Below are positions 20,672-30,167 of a DNA stretch of 64,000 nt, in pieces. Under the pieces are notes generated by a model that saw nothing but the letters and a program-made list of their open reading frames with translations, did no database searches and was not told the DNA's origin. Within the stretch, counting starts at the first letter, position 1. Every line of letters starts with the position of its first letter. The stretch is from an uncultured delta proteobacterium (GTDB lineage: Bacteria; Desulfobacterota; Binatia; UBA9968): contig CAVTUQ010000012.1 of assembly GCA_963737905.1 (NCBI GenBank), forward strand, positions 128,001 to 192,000, written 5' to 3'. Both the position numbers and the translations under genes were made by a program.

Positions 20672-21524
20672 AGACGTAAAAACCCCGACCCGTTTTCCTT
20701 CCGAGATTTCCACCCATGACCATTTTGTACTGAATGGGGCTTGGGCGAAACCTCGGATCTTCAAAAAAAGATCGGTAGAGCGACTCCGTCGCCGCAAAGT
20801 TGACGTCGTGCCCGATCAAATCCATCAACTCAAAAGGACCCATGCGGAAATTACCCGCCAGTCTCATGATGCGATCAATGGTTTCAACCGTGGCATCCCC
20901 GTCACCCAATATCCGCAGCGCCTCGTTATAGAAGGGACGGGCAACGCGGTTAACGATAAAACCTGGAGTGTCTTTGGCGCGGGCTGGGGTTTTGCCCATC
21001 TGGCGGATTAGGTCAGCTGCCTTGTCGATCGCTTCTGAGGCTGTGCGGTCGCCCTGAACGACCTCCACCAATGCCATCAGCGGCGGAGGATTGAAGAAGT
21101 GCAGACCTAGAACTCTTTCCGGATTTTGAGTGTTCGCCGCGATGGCCGTAACGGAAAAAGAAGACGTGTTCGTGGCCAGCAAGGTCTCCCGGCCGCATAT
21201 TCCGTCCAGTTGCTTGAAAACATCACGCTTGAGCTCTAATTTTTCGGGGACCGCCTCGATGACTAGACTGCTTCCTTCGAAGTTTTCGAGTTTGGTTGTG
21301 CCGTGAAGCCGGTCAAGAATTTGTTTTTCCTGATCCGCCGCGATTTTCCCTCGCTCGCGGCTTCCCTGAAGGAAACTACGAATACGTTCTAAGCCTTTGT
21401 CGATAAATTCTTGAGAGATATCATAGAGTAAAGTTTCAAAGCCCGCTTGCGCGGCCACCTGGGCGATGCCCGCGCCCATGGTGCCGGCTCCCAGGACGCC
21501 GATTTTTTCAAGTTTATCGCTCAT
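20658..21524 (-). CDS. 3-hydroxyacyl-CoA dehydrogenase (PaaH N-terminal-half-like)
   Basis: GAGTMG, ATNTSS, HFFNP and PGFIVNR motifs. Confidence 0.93.
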   Translation of the reverse strand: MSDKLEKIGVLGAGTMGAGIAQVAAQAGFETLLYDISQEFIDKGLERIRSFLQGSRERGKIAADQEKQILDRLHGTTKLENFEGSSLVIEAVPEKLELKRDVFKQLDGICGRETLLATNTSSFSVTAIAANTQNPERVLGLHFFNPPPLMALVEVVQGDRTASEAIDKAADLIRQMGKTPARAKDTPGFIVNRVARPFYNEALRILGDGDATVETIDRIMRLAGNFRMGPFELMDLIGHDVNFAATESLYRSFFEDPRFRPSPIQYKMVMGGNLGRKTGRGFYVYDKK

Positions 21525-21535
21525 GCTCGTCGAGT

Positions 21536-22319
21536 CTATTTCCCCGTGAATATCGGCGCGCGTTTCTCCAAAAATGCGCGCACTCCCTCGTCATAGTCAG
21601 TGCTTCTTCCGGCGATCTCTTGCAAATGGGACTCGTATTCCAGGTCGGCCTCAAGACCTGGTAGAATCGCGTGGTTCAACGCTCGCTTGATAAGACCTAC
21701 GCCGCGGGGCGCGCAAGCGACTCTTGCCCCAATTTCCTTGGTCGCCTTGACAAATTCTCCTGCCGGGAAAACCTTAGCGACGAGTCCGATACGCTGGGCC
21801 TCGCGCGCATCTACCGTCTCGCCGAGAAGGAGCAGCTCCATGGCTTTGCTCAGGCCCACGAGGCGCGGCAAGATAAAACTACCGCCCGAGTCCGGCGCCA
21901 ATCCGACGCGCACAAAGGACTGTATAAATTTCGCTTCTTCCGAAGCGACCCGCAAATCACAGGCCAGAGCCAAATTACAACCTGCGCCGGCGGCGACGCC
22001 GTTGACGGCGGCGATGACGATCTTTTCCATCTGCCGGATCTGCCGGATCATCGGGTTGTACTTCTCGCGCAACGAAGCGCCGAGGGAACCTTTCTGATCC
22101 GGCGTCCGGCCCTTGAGATCTTGTCCGGCGCAAAAGGCCCGTCCTGCGCCGGTGATGACGAAGCAACGGACTTCTTTATCGCGGTCCCCTTCTTTCAATA
22201 CATCTAGCACTTCCTTGTTCATTTGTGGAACAAAGGCGTTGAGGGCTTGCGGGCGATTGAGCGTAATGGTAGCGACGCCGCCTTCTTTCTTTCGTAAAGG
22301 ATCGGTTTCGTAGTGCCAC
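21536..22319 (-). CDS. enoyl-CoA hydratase/isomerase (PaaG-like); 5' end broken by small indels
   Basis: [21 protein letters not shown] and PDSGGS. Upstream of the called ORF the sequence reads approximately [26 protein letters not shown] across frameshifts at ~22285-22315. Confidence 0.85.
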
Positions 22320-22336
22320 AGCGAAGTCTCGACTAC

Positions 22337-23110
22337 TTACCTGCCTTTGAACTCCGGCTTACGCTTTTCGAGAAAGGCTTTCATCCCTTCTTTGCGATCC
22401 TCTGAGGCGAACAACATGTAAAACGATTTGCGTTCAAACTCGAGGCCTTCATCGAGAGCGGTGTTGGCAGACTTCAGTACAGCTTCCTTGACCGCTTTTA
22501 CGGCGAGAACGGGCTTCGCGGCGATCTTCTTCGCGATGTTCTTGGCTTCGTCGAGCAGCAGCTCAACGGGGACAACGCGGTTCACTAAGCCGAAGCGTTC
22601 GGCATCGGCAGCGCTCATCGTTTCTCCCGTCAATACCATTTCCATGGCCCGATATTTTCCCACGGTTCGGGTGAGCCGTTGGGTTCCGCCGCTACCCGGA
22701 ATGATTCCCAGATTAACCTCCGGTTGGCCGAAGCGCGCAGTCTCCGAAGCGATAATGATGTCACAACTCATGGCGAGTTCACAGCCGCCCCCTAAAGCGA
22801 AGCCGCTCACAGCGGCAATAACGGGCTTAGTAATGCGGTTGATGCGATCCCGATACGCCAATCGCTCTTGAATTCTTGCATCGAAGGGACCTCGATCGGC
22901 CATTTCTTTGATGTCGGCGCCGGCAGCAAACACTTTCTCTCCGCCGGTAACGATCATGACTCGGACTTCGTCATCATGATCGAGCTCCTGCATCGCCAGG
23001 GACAGGTCCTTGACTAGGTCGTAGGAGAGGGCATTCAGTTGCTGGGGCCGGTTGAGAGTGAGGACTGCAATGGAAGTGTCTTTTTCAACGATGACGTTTT
23101 CAAATTCCAT
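22337..23110 (-). CDS. enoyl-CoA hydratase (PaaF-like)
   Basis: [20 protein letters not shown] and PGSGGTQRL motifs. Confidence 0.93.
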   Translation of the reverse strand: MEFENVIVEKDTSIAVLTLNRPQQLNALSYDLVKDLSLAMQELDHDDEVRVMIVTGGEKVFAAGADIKEMADRGPFDARIQERLAYRDRINRITKPVIAAVSGFALGGGCELAMSCDIIIASETARFGQPEVNLGIIPGSGGTQRLTRTVGKYRAMEMVLTGETMSAADAERFGLVNRVVPVELLLDEAKNIAKKIAAKPVLAVKAVKEAVLKSANTALDEGLEFERKSFYMLFASEDRKEGMKAFLEKRKPEFKGR

Positions 23111-23287
23111 ACAATCCAGACTTTTATAAATACACCATGGAACCAGGGGATTCAAGGTAAGTGAGAGTGCGCGTGCCGAGGAGAAAGCCTCGTAAAATCA
23201 TTGGCCTATGAAACATTTGGTCTTAGAACCGGCCAGGATCGTGAAGTTGACACCCCCCGGGTGATTTGCAAATATAGAGGCTCATCC

Positions 23288-23971
23288 ATGTCCAATCGGC
23301 TCGAACCCACTTCCCGTAGTTATGACGAAAAACTCCAGCGTATATTAAAAATTTCGGCAAAAATCTTTGCCGAAAAAGGATTTCACCGCACCTCGGTGCG
23401 GGACATCTCCCGCTCGACAAAAATGAGTTTGGCGGGGCTCTATTACTACTTTTCGACCAAGGAAGAGCTGCTTTATCTCATTCAAGAACGCTGTTTCGTT
23501 ACTCTACTACAGCGTTGGGAGCGCGCCGCGACGCCTGATATGGACGTCCGTACTCGCATTCGACTTTTTGCTGAAAACCATTTGAGTTTTTTCTGCCACA
23601 ACATGCACGAGATGAAGGTGATGGCGCACGAGGATGAGTCCCTCACGGGCGAATTCCAGGTCAAGATCTTGGTCCTCAAGCGGCGCTACGTAAAAGTCAT
23701 CATGGATCTTATCCGGGAACTCCAAGATCAAGAAGGTGGAAAGGGCATGGATCTACGGGTGGCGACTTTCTCTCTGTTCGGCATGATGAACTGGATCTAT
23801 ACCTGGTATCAGCCAAAACGAGACTTAGCGCTTCCCCAACTGATGGAGCAGATGCTGCGGATCTACTTCTTCGGTGTCCTGCAGGGAGGAGCGGTTGAGG
23901 CGCCTTGGTTCAATGCAACTTCTGGTACTTCGAGCAAGGAAACGTTTTCTCTCTGGCATAATAATCAGTAG
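23288..23971 (+). CDS. TetR family transcriptional regulator (PaaR/KstR2-like)
   Basis: HTH FAEKGFHRTSVRDI...LYYYFSTKEELL and GMMNWIYTWY. Divergent from the acyl-CoA cluster. Confidence 0.9.
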   Translation: MSNRLEPTSRSYDEKLQRILKISAKIFAEKGFHRTSVRDISRSTKMSLAGLYYYFSTKEELLYLIQERCFVTLLQRWERAATPDMDVRTRIRLFAENHLSFFCHNMHEMKVMAHEDESLTGEFQVKILVLKRRYVKVIMDLIRELQDQEGGKGMDLRVATFSLFGMMNWIYTWYQPKRDLALPQLMEQMLRIYFFGVLQGGAVEAPWFNATSGTSSKETFSLWHNNQ

Positions 23972-23974
23972 ACG

Positions 23975-24020
23975 TTACCCCTCACCCCTCACCCTTCACG
24001 TAAGGGGTTAGGGTTGAGGG
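23975..24020. repeat. 7-bp tandem repeat with inverted counterpart
   Basis: TTACCCC-TCACCCC-TCACCCT-TCAC followed by GGGGTTA-GGGTTGA-GGG. Confidence 0.7.
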
Positions 24021-24034
24021 AAATCTAAAAGACT

Positions 24035-24562
24035 ATGATTCGTATTGGCGATAAGGCACCGAATTTCACCTTGAAGGGAATTTTCCAAGGAACGGTCGCG
24101 GATTTTACGATTCAATCTTTTCCGGGGAAATGGCTGATCCTCTTCTTCTATCCCGCTGATTTTACATTCATCTGTCCCACTGAAGTGGCTGGATTCAGCA
24201 AGGCGGCACATGAATTTCGCGCCGAGGATGCCGAAATTCTCGGGGTCAGCGTTGATTCGCTGGAAAGTCATCGAAAATGGGCGGAAGAATTGGGCGGCGT
24301 GAACTACCCACTTCTCAGCGACGACCAAAAAAATGTCAGCCGCGCCTACAACGTGTTGGACGAGAAAGATGGGGTCTGTTTGAGAGCCACGTTCATCATC
24401 AATCCTGCCGGAGAAGTCAGTTATTTAGTCGTAAGCCACACTAATGTGGGACGCAGCGTGGAAGAAACTCTGCGCGTGCTCAAGGCGCTGCGCACGGAGC
24501 GTCTCTGTCCCTCCGACTGGAAACCCGGCGAAGCCACCGGCGATCTCACGCTCAAGTACTGA
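24035..24562 (+). CDS. 2-Cys peroxiredoxin (AhpC-type)
   Basis: FYPADFTFICPTE, GRSVEE.LR and LCPSDW motifs. Confidence 0.93.
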   Translation: MIRIGDKAPNFTLKGIFQGTVADFTIQSFPGKWLILFFYPADFTFICPTEVAGFSKAAHEFRAEDAEILGVSVDSLESHRKWAEELGGVNYPLLSDDQKNVSRAYNVLDEKDGVCLRATFIINPAGEVSYLVVSHTNVGRSVEETLRVLKALRTERLCPSDWKPGEATGDLTLKY

Positions 24563-24634
24563 TGGCAAGATAGAAAGATAGCGGATAGAAGATAGCGACG
24601 TTTGATTTTCTTTCCGCCATCTCAAATTTAAACA

Positions 24635-25363
24635 ATGTCTCTCGAGGCCATTGAGCAAAAGAAAGACCTCATCGAAAGTCGGGCTCGCATACGCGAGTTC
24701 GTTTTCGGCATTCAAGACGGTTTGATGAGCACCGTGGGGCTGCTGACCGGAGTCCAGGGTGCCACCGAAAGCACTGCAGTTGTCATTATCACGGGCTTCA
24801 CGGCGATGTTTTCGGGGGCGATTTCCATGGCGGCCGGATCTTACCTTTCATCGAGCGCGGAGAAAGATATCTTCGACAAGGAACTGCGCGATGCCGAAGT
24901 GCTGGCGGAAAGGGAACCCTATTTGGCTGCCGAGGGATTGCTGAAGGCTTTGAATCAGGAAGGTTTGGCGCGGGAGCAGAGTTATAACGTCGTCAAGGTT
25001 CTCTTGCGCCAGCAGCACGCATTTCTAAGGACTTTTCAGGAAAAAGTCTTCGGCCTCGGATCGGCGGAAATTAACCGGCCTCTCCAAGGGGCTTTGGTCA
25101 TGGCAGCTTCGTTCGTGATCGGCGCTTCCGTGCCGATCGTGCCTTATCTGCTGGTCGCAGGCCGAACCGCTTTGATTCTTTCGATTGTGCTCTCGGGTTT
25201 CGTCCTCTTTGGGGTGGGGTTCGTCAAAGGCCGCTTGGCGGCGAAGTCGCCGGCGCGGTCCGGCGCCCAGTTCTTCGCGATTGCCGTGGGCGCTGCGCTC
25301 CTGGGATATCTGATCGGCTTGGTCGTCCAACATTTCTTTCCTGACATTTCGATTCCGGCGTGA
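24635..25363 (+). CDS. VIT1/CCC1 family Fe/Mn transporter
   Basis: VFGIQDGL, GAISMAAGSYLS and multiple TM helices. Confidence 0.9.
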   Translation: MSLEAIEQKKDLIESRARIREFVFGIQDGLMSTVGLLTGVQGATESTAVVIITGFTAMFSGAISMAAGSYLSSSAEKDIFDKELRDAEVLAEREPYLAAEGLLKALNQEGLAREQSYNVVKVLLRQQHAFLRTFQEKVFGLGSAEINRPLQGALVMAASFVIGASVPIVPYLLVAGRTALILSIVLSGFVLFGVGFVKGRLAAKSPARSGAQFFAIAVGAALLGYLIGLVVQHFFPDISIPA

Positions 25364-25384
25364 CGGCGACTGGTTTTTTTCCTC

Positions 25385-25613
25385 TTAGTCGATCAGACTT
25401 CTAAGCAACGTTAGATTTTCCCGATCCTCGGCTAGGTCCGGCCCTTTAGGCGTTTCGAGGCACATGGGGAGACCCCAGAAGCGTTTGTCGTTCACGAGAA
25501 ACCGGAACGCGTCGACGCCGATGTGGCCTTTCCCGATGTGCTCATGACGGTCTACGCGAGAATTGAACTCCTTCTTCGAATCGTTCAGATGGAACCCACA
25601 AAGCGTTCGATCC
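25385..25613 (-). pseudogene. duplicated 3' fragment of endonuclease IV (nfo)
   Basis: GFHLNDSKKEFNSRVDRHEHIGKGHIG...CLETPKGPDL...LLRSLID* matches the C-terminus of the gene at 29191-30066. Confidence 0.92.
25518..25564 (+). repeat. 47-bp perfect direct repeat, copy 1 (copy 2 at 29327-29373)
   Basis: CCGATGTGGCCTTTCCCGATGTGCTCATGACGGTCTACGCGAGAATT is identical at both sites. Confidence 0.95.
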
Positions 25614-25643
25614 TGACAAAACGGGCTCACGATAGGGGGAACA

Positions 25644-28475
25644 ATGGTTGTCACCCAAGAACTTTTCGCTGCATACCTGAACTGCCCGACAAAGGCATAT
25701 CTCATGAGCTCAGCAATCCCAACGGAGCAGACTAAATTCAGGAGGTGGAAAGCGGATATTCAAAATAGGCTACGACAACAAGGAGTAGAGTTACTTCGAA
25801 AACAAAGCCGCCTCGAAATCAAAGAAAGTCCTACGGCAGACGATCTTTCAGCGAAAGAGTCTGCTCTTTACGTAAATTGCTCTATTGGATTTGAAGAGCT
25901 GAGATCGGTGATTGACGCTGTTGAAAAAATAGACTTACCAGGCAGAAAGAGTCAATTGCTTCCCTGTCGATGTCAATTAGACAAACGCGCGGAGAGACAT
26001 GAAAAGCTCCTATTGGCTTATGATGCCCTATGTCTACAAGCCTTCACAGGAGTACCTATCCGTGCGGGCAAGTTGGTCGACGGGATTAGTAAACGTGCAA
26101 AGAAAGTTCAACTAAATAGCCAGCTCAAAGCGGTGCAGGACCATGTTCGACGACTGACAGAGCTGCTTGGACAAGCAAAGGAACCGCCGCTGATCCTGAA
26201 CAGACATTGCGTCGAATGTGAATTCCGAGCGCGGTGTCGTGAGAAGGCTGCGGAGACGGACGATTTGAGCCTCCTTTCCAAAATGAGCCTTAAAGAGCGA
26301 CAAAAGTTACAAGGCAAAGGAATCTTCACAGTCCAGCAACTTTCCTACACGTTTAGGCCAAGGAGACGACGCAAAAGCCCCCGTTCAAATGCAGACAATT
26401 TCTCCTATGCCCTAAGAGCACTGGCGATTCGAGAAAATAAAATCCATGTCGCCGGAACGCCCACTTTTACGATTCAAGGCGATGACTGCTTTTTGGACGT
26501 GGAGGGCATTCCCGATTATGGATTCTATTATCTCGCCGGGCTACGGTTTCGTCTCAACGGCCAGCCAATCCAACATTCATTTTGGGCGGGCGACCGTTGC
26601 GACGAGGAAACTATGTGGAACGACCTAGTCACGAACTTACGTGCGAGTGGGTTTCGCCGAATTATTCATTTCGGAAACTTCGAAAAGGAGTTTCTGATAG
26701 CCATGACCAAGCGTTATTGTAAGTCAAAGGAACAATCGGAATATGTTGAAAGTTTGGTCCAGCAGACGGTTAACCTTTTGTCGGTAATCTACAGCCGAAT
26801 CTATTTTCCGACGTCTTCGAATAGCCTAAAAGATATTGCTCGCTACCTGGGACACAGATGGCCGGATGAAATTGGAAGCGGCTATGAAGCATTGCTCGCC
26901 CGTCATTACTGGGAAGCCTCAAGAGAGCTGAGCGTCAAGGAAGCCCTCCTGAGTTATAACATCAGCGATTGCGAAGCTCTCCATTTGGTTGCGGACTGCG
27001 TCTCTAAAATGTGTGGTCAATTATCAACCGCGGGACCGAATGACGATTCTAAATTTGTCGATACCAATAAATTGAGGGGATGGGGACCGTTCAAGTTTGG
27101 ACAGCTGAATTGTGCGATACCAGACTTTGAATACATCAATCGCGCCTCTTACTGGGACTATCAGCGCGAGCGAATCGTTTTTCGGTCGCGACGCTTACGC
27201 AAGCGGATTCGTATGCACACCTCTAGTAGACGGATAAAATACCGGGCAAATAAGGCAATCGCTCATCGACGAACTATTGCTTGTCCCTACTGTAAGTCGC
27301 GAGAGATTTATAAGTGGGGACCGAGAAATAAGACGGTCTATGATCTCAAGTTTTCTCCAGCCGGCGTAAAGCGTTGGGTCGTAAATTATCAATTTGATCG
27401 GCACAAATGCTGGCAATGCAGGAAAACTTTTATGCCTCCAAGGAAACCTTGGACGCGAAGCAAATACGGAGATGGTTTGATACGATACTTAGTTTTTCTC
27501 ACGGTTGACCTGCAAATTTCACAAAGAGCCGCAAAAAAGTTAATAAATCAGTTCTTTGGTTTGGACCTATCAGGGGAATCTGCCGGGAGGTTTAAAAAGA
27601 CTGCCGCCGCCTTTTATAAAGTAACTTACAACAAAATATTGCAAAATATAGTCAAGAGTCCCTTGGCCCATGTTGATGAAACGAAGGTTAGTCTCAATGG
27701 TCGAAGTGCTTATGTCTGGGTCTTAGCGAATCACGAAGATGTAGCTTACTTTGTTTCAGAGAGCCGCGAGGGCGCAAAGGTTCAAGATATCCTGAATAAA
27801 TTCAAGGGTATCTTGGTTTCTGACTTTTACAGTCTTTACGACTCTTTCGAATGTCCACAGCAAAAATGCCTCATTCACTTGCTGCGGGATTTAAACGATG
27901 ATCTCTTGCGTGAACCATTCAATGAAGAACTTAAGTCGGTAGTCAACGGTTTTGCGTCTTTGGTTAAACCGATCGTTGAAACCGTGGATCGATATGGACT
28001 CAAGTGTCGTTTCATGAAAAAACACAAACGGTCAGTGGGCAGGTTTTACCGTTGGCTGACAAGGACCAATTTTGAGACGGAAGTGGGCGTCGGCTATAAA
28101 AAACGATTTGAGAAAAATAGACAGAAACTTTTTACTTTCTTGGAATACGATGATGTCCCATGGAACAACAACGCGGCGGAGCATGCCATTAAAGCCTTCG
28201 CGACGCTCCGACGCGTGTTTGGAGGTAGTAGCACGGAACGTGGCATCCAAGATTATCTTGTTCTGCTCAGCGTGTGTGAGACATGTCGTTATCGAGGAAT
28301 AAAGTTTTGGGACTTTTTGTGTTCTGGTTACAAAGACGTGGACGCCTATGTCAAAAGTCAACGGCTTCATAGACGCCGGGTTACCAAGACAAGTATGCTG
28401 AAATCCAGAAACGCAATTATCTCGCAAAGCGATGGCAATGTATGCCAAGTTGGGGAGGCTTCTGAGCAGTATTAG
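25644..28475 (+). mobile_element. IS66-family DDE transposase fused to N-terminal TM0106 (Cas4/RecB-like + RNase H-like) domains
   Basis: YLNCPTK...HCVECEFRARC (Cas4-like Cys set); FLDVEG, IHFGNFE, SLKDIA.YLG, YNISDC (RNase H/DnaQ-like); CPYC..CWQC zinc ribbon; HVDET, LVSDFY, QKCLIHLLR, NNAAEHAIK (IS66 DDE). AT-richer than the flanks. Confidence 0.88.
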
Positions 28476-28594
28476 GATTCCCGATCTTCCGCCGGACCAT
28501 GCGCTGTTTCGAGGCGCATCCCGATGCCGATGTGGTGATGGAAAGCTGCTTCTGGTATGCTTTTGCTGCTGACGAGAGGGCGAAAAGTCTGTTT

Positions 28595-28822
28595 ATGAAT
28601 ATGCCTAGCCATGAAGAATTATATGATCGCTTCGTAAAAGGCCTGGAGTCTAAACACAGAGGAGCCTTTGCTGCCGTTCGCCCGGACGGAAAAGTTATTG
28701 TTGACAAGGACGATGTCAAAGTCGTGGACCGAGCGCTTAAGCAATTTGGCCCCGGTAATTTCGTGTTGTTAAAGGTTGGCAGTAGGGGAGTGGGGAAATG
28801 GCGCAGTCAACGACGGTTGTGA
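28595..28822 (+). CDS. small DUF5678-like protein
   Basis: LESKHRGAFAAVRPDGKVIV; overlaps the downstream protease gene. Confidence 0.6.
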   Translation: MNMPSHEELYDRFVKGLESKHRGAFAAVRPDGKVIVDKDDVKVVDRALKQFGPGNFVLLKVGSRGVGKWRSQRRL

Positions 28823-29163
28823 CGCCCGCATATCCGTATGTCGAGGTCGAGTTTGCCGTCGGCGCTTTTCGTTCTTCAACCGTTCTCGCCTATGTCGATA
28901 CAGGCTTTGACGGTTATCTGATTATTCCCAATACACAAACATCGCTTCTTGGTCCGCCACAATTCTTTGCGCCCTGGGAGCTTGGAGATGGGTCGGTCGT
29001 GCAGGCGCAGGAATACCGCGGTGATATCCTGATCTCCGGATTGAGCATAAGCATTCCCGCCCGCATTACACTAATAGGGGAAGAATACCTGTTGGGTCGT
29101 GGCGTTGTAGACCACGTGCGTATGACGTTTGATCATGGCCAGCGGCTGTTGTTGGAAGCGTGA
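28798..29163 (+). CDS. retropepsin-like (clan AA) aspartic protease
   Basis: AYVDTGFDGYL catalytic motif, LGDGS flap, LLGRG. Confidence 0.85.
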   Translation: MAQSTTVVTPAYPYVEVEFAVGAFRSSTVLAYVDTGFDGYLIIPNTQTSLLGPPQFFAPWELGDGSVVQAQEYRGDILISGLSISIPARITLIGEEYLLGRGVVDHVRMTFDHGQRLLLEA

Positions 29164-29190
29164 AGCCCCTCCCCTTGGCTCACTGTTTCT

Positions 29191-30066
29191 CTAGTCCTGA
29201 ATCAGGCTCCTCAGCAGCGTTAAGTTTTCTTTATCTTCTTTCAGGTCCGGGCCCTTCGGCGTCTCCAAGCACATGGGTAATCCCCAAAAGCGCTGGTCGT
29301 TAAGCAGTAGACGGAAGGCTTCGACACCGATGTGGCCTTTCCCGATGTGCTCATGACGGTCTACGCGAGAATTAAATTCCTTCTTTGAGTCATTCAAATG
29401 AAAAGCCGCTAGGCGGTCAATGCCGATCTCTTCATCGAAATCCGTGAACGTTCGCTCGTAACCTTCCTTTGTCCGAATGTCATACCCTGCGGCGAAGGCA
29501 TGCTCGGTGTCGAAGCAGACTCTGAGCCGATCGCTTTCTTTGGTTGCGTCAAACATTCTAGCGATCTGTTCGAAGCGGTAGCCGAGATTGGAGCCCTGGC
29601 CGGCCGTGATCTCGAGTGTGACCTTCACATTATAGCCGGGGCAGGCCTTGTGGACCTCGTCCAGTGAATGAGCAATGGTCTTTATACCTTCGTCTTCGCC
29701 GGCGCCCACGTGGGAGCCAGGATGAGCGATCAAATTCGACACGCCCAGGATTTCGCACCGTTCCAACTCGTCGATGAAGGCGGCTACCGAACGCTTTCGC
29801 AAAGAACCATCGGGCGAACCCAAATTGAGCAGATAGGAATCATGGGCAATCACGGTGGTGATTCCGGTGGCTTTCCGATTCAAATCAAACAGCTCGATTT
29901 CTTCCTTTGTGCAAGGCTTGGCCGCCCATTGGCGCGACGACTTCGTGAAGATCTGAATCGCGTCGCAATCTACAGTCTTACCCAGGAGCAGGGATTTATC
30001 GACGCCTCCCGCGATGGACATATGGGCGCCCAGGAGCGGGCGGGGCGGTTTCTCTTTCTGTTTCAT
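29191..30066 (-). CDS. nfo: endonuclease IV (AP endonuclease)
   Basis: LGAHMSIAGG, QIF, HDSYLLNL, HPGSH, EITAGQG, DTEH, HLNDSK and DRHEHIG. Confidence 0.97.
   Translation of the reverse strand: MKQKEKPPRPLLGAHMSIAGGVDKSLLLGKTVDCDAIQIFTKSSRQWAAKPCTKEEIELFDLNRKATGITTVIAHDSYLLNLGSPDGSLRKRSVAAFIDELERCEILGVSNLIAHPGSHVGAGEDEGIKTIAHSLDEVHKACPGYNVKVTLEITAGQGSNLGYRFEQIARMFDATKESDRLRVCFDTEHAFAAGYDIRTKEGYERTFTDFDEEIGIDRLAAFHLNDSKKEFNSRVDRHEHIGKGHIGVEAFRLLLNDQRFWGLPMCLETPKGPDLKEDKENLTLLRSLIQD
29327..29373 (+). repeat. 47-bp perfect direct repeat, copy 2
   Basis: Identical to 25518-25564. Confidence 0.95.
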
Positions 30067-30072
30067 AACATT

Positions 30073-30167
30073 TTGAACGTCTTGAACTTTTTGAACGGTT
30101 TGAACCATTGCTATATTCCGCCCGCGTTCAAACCGTTTAAGCCGTTCAAAGCGTTCAAGTCGTTCAT
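30073..30167. repeat. 9-bp-period tandem repeats arranged as a palindrome
   Basis: TTGAAC at 30073, 30082, 30091, 30100. GTTCAA-like at 30126, 30135, 30144, 30153, 30162. Confidence 0.85.

Noticed and set aside
25600-28500. Canonical IS66 terminal inverted repeats and 8-bp target duplication
   Set aside because: No GTAA-type TIR pair found by eye. Only a weak ATCCT/AGGAT match near 25610 and 28475, too short to call.
30067-30167. Repeat tract as a CRISPR array, and MVQTVQKVQDVQNV as the Nfo N-terminus
   Set aside because: Units are 9 bp with no unique spacers and no cas operon. The peptide is just translated repeat; the likely start is 30066.
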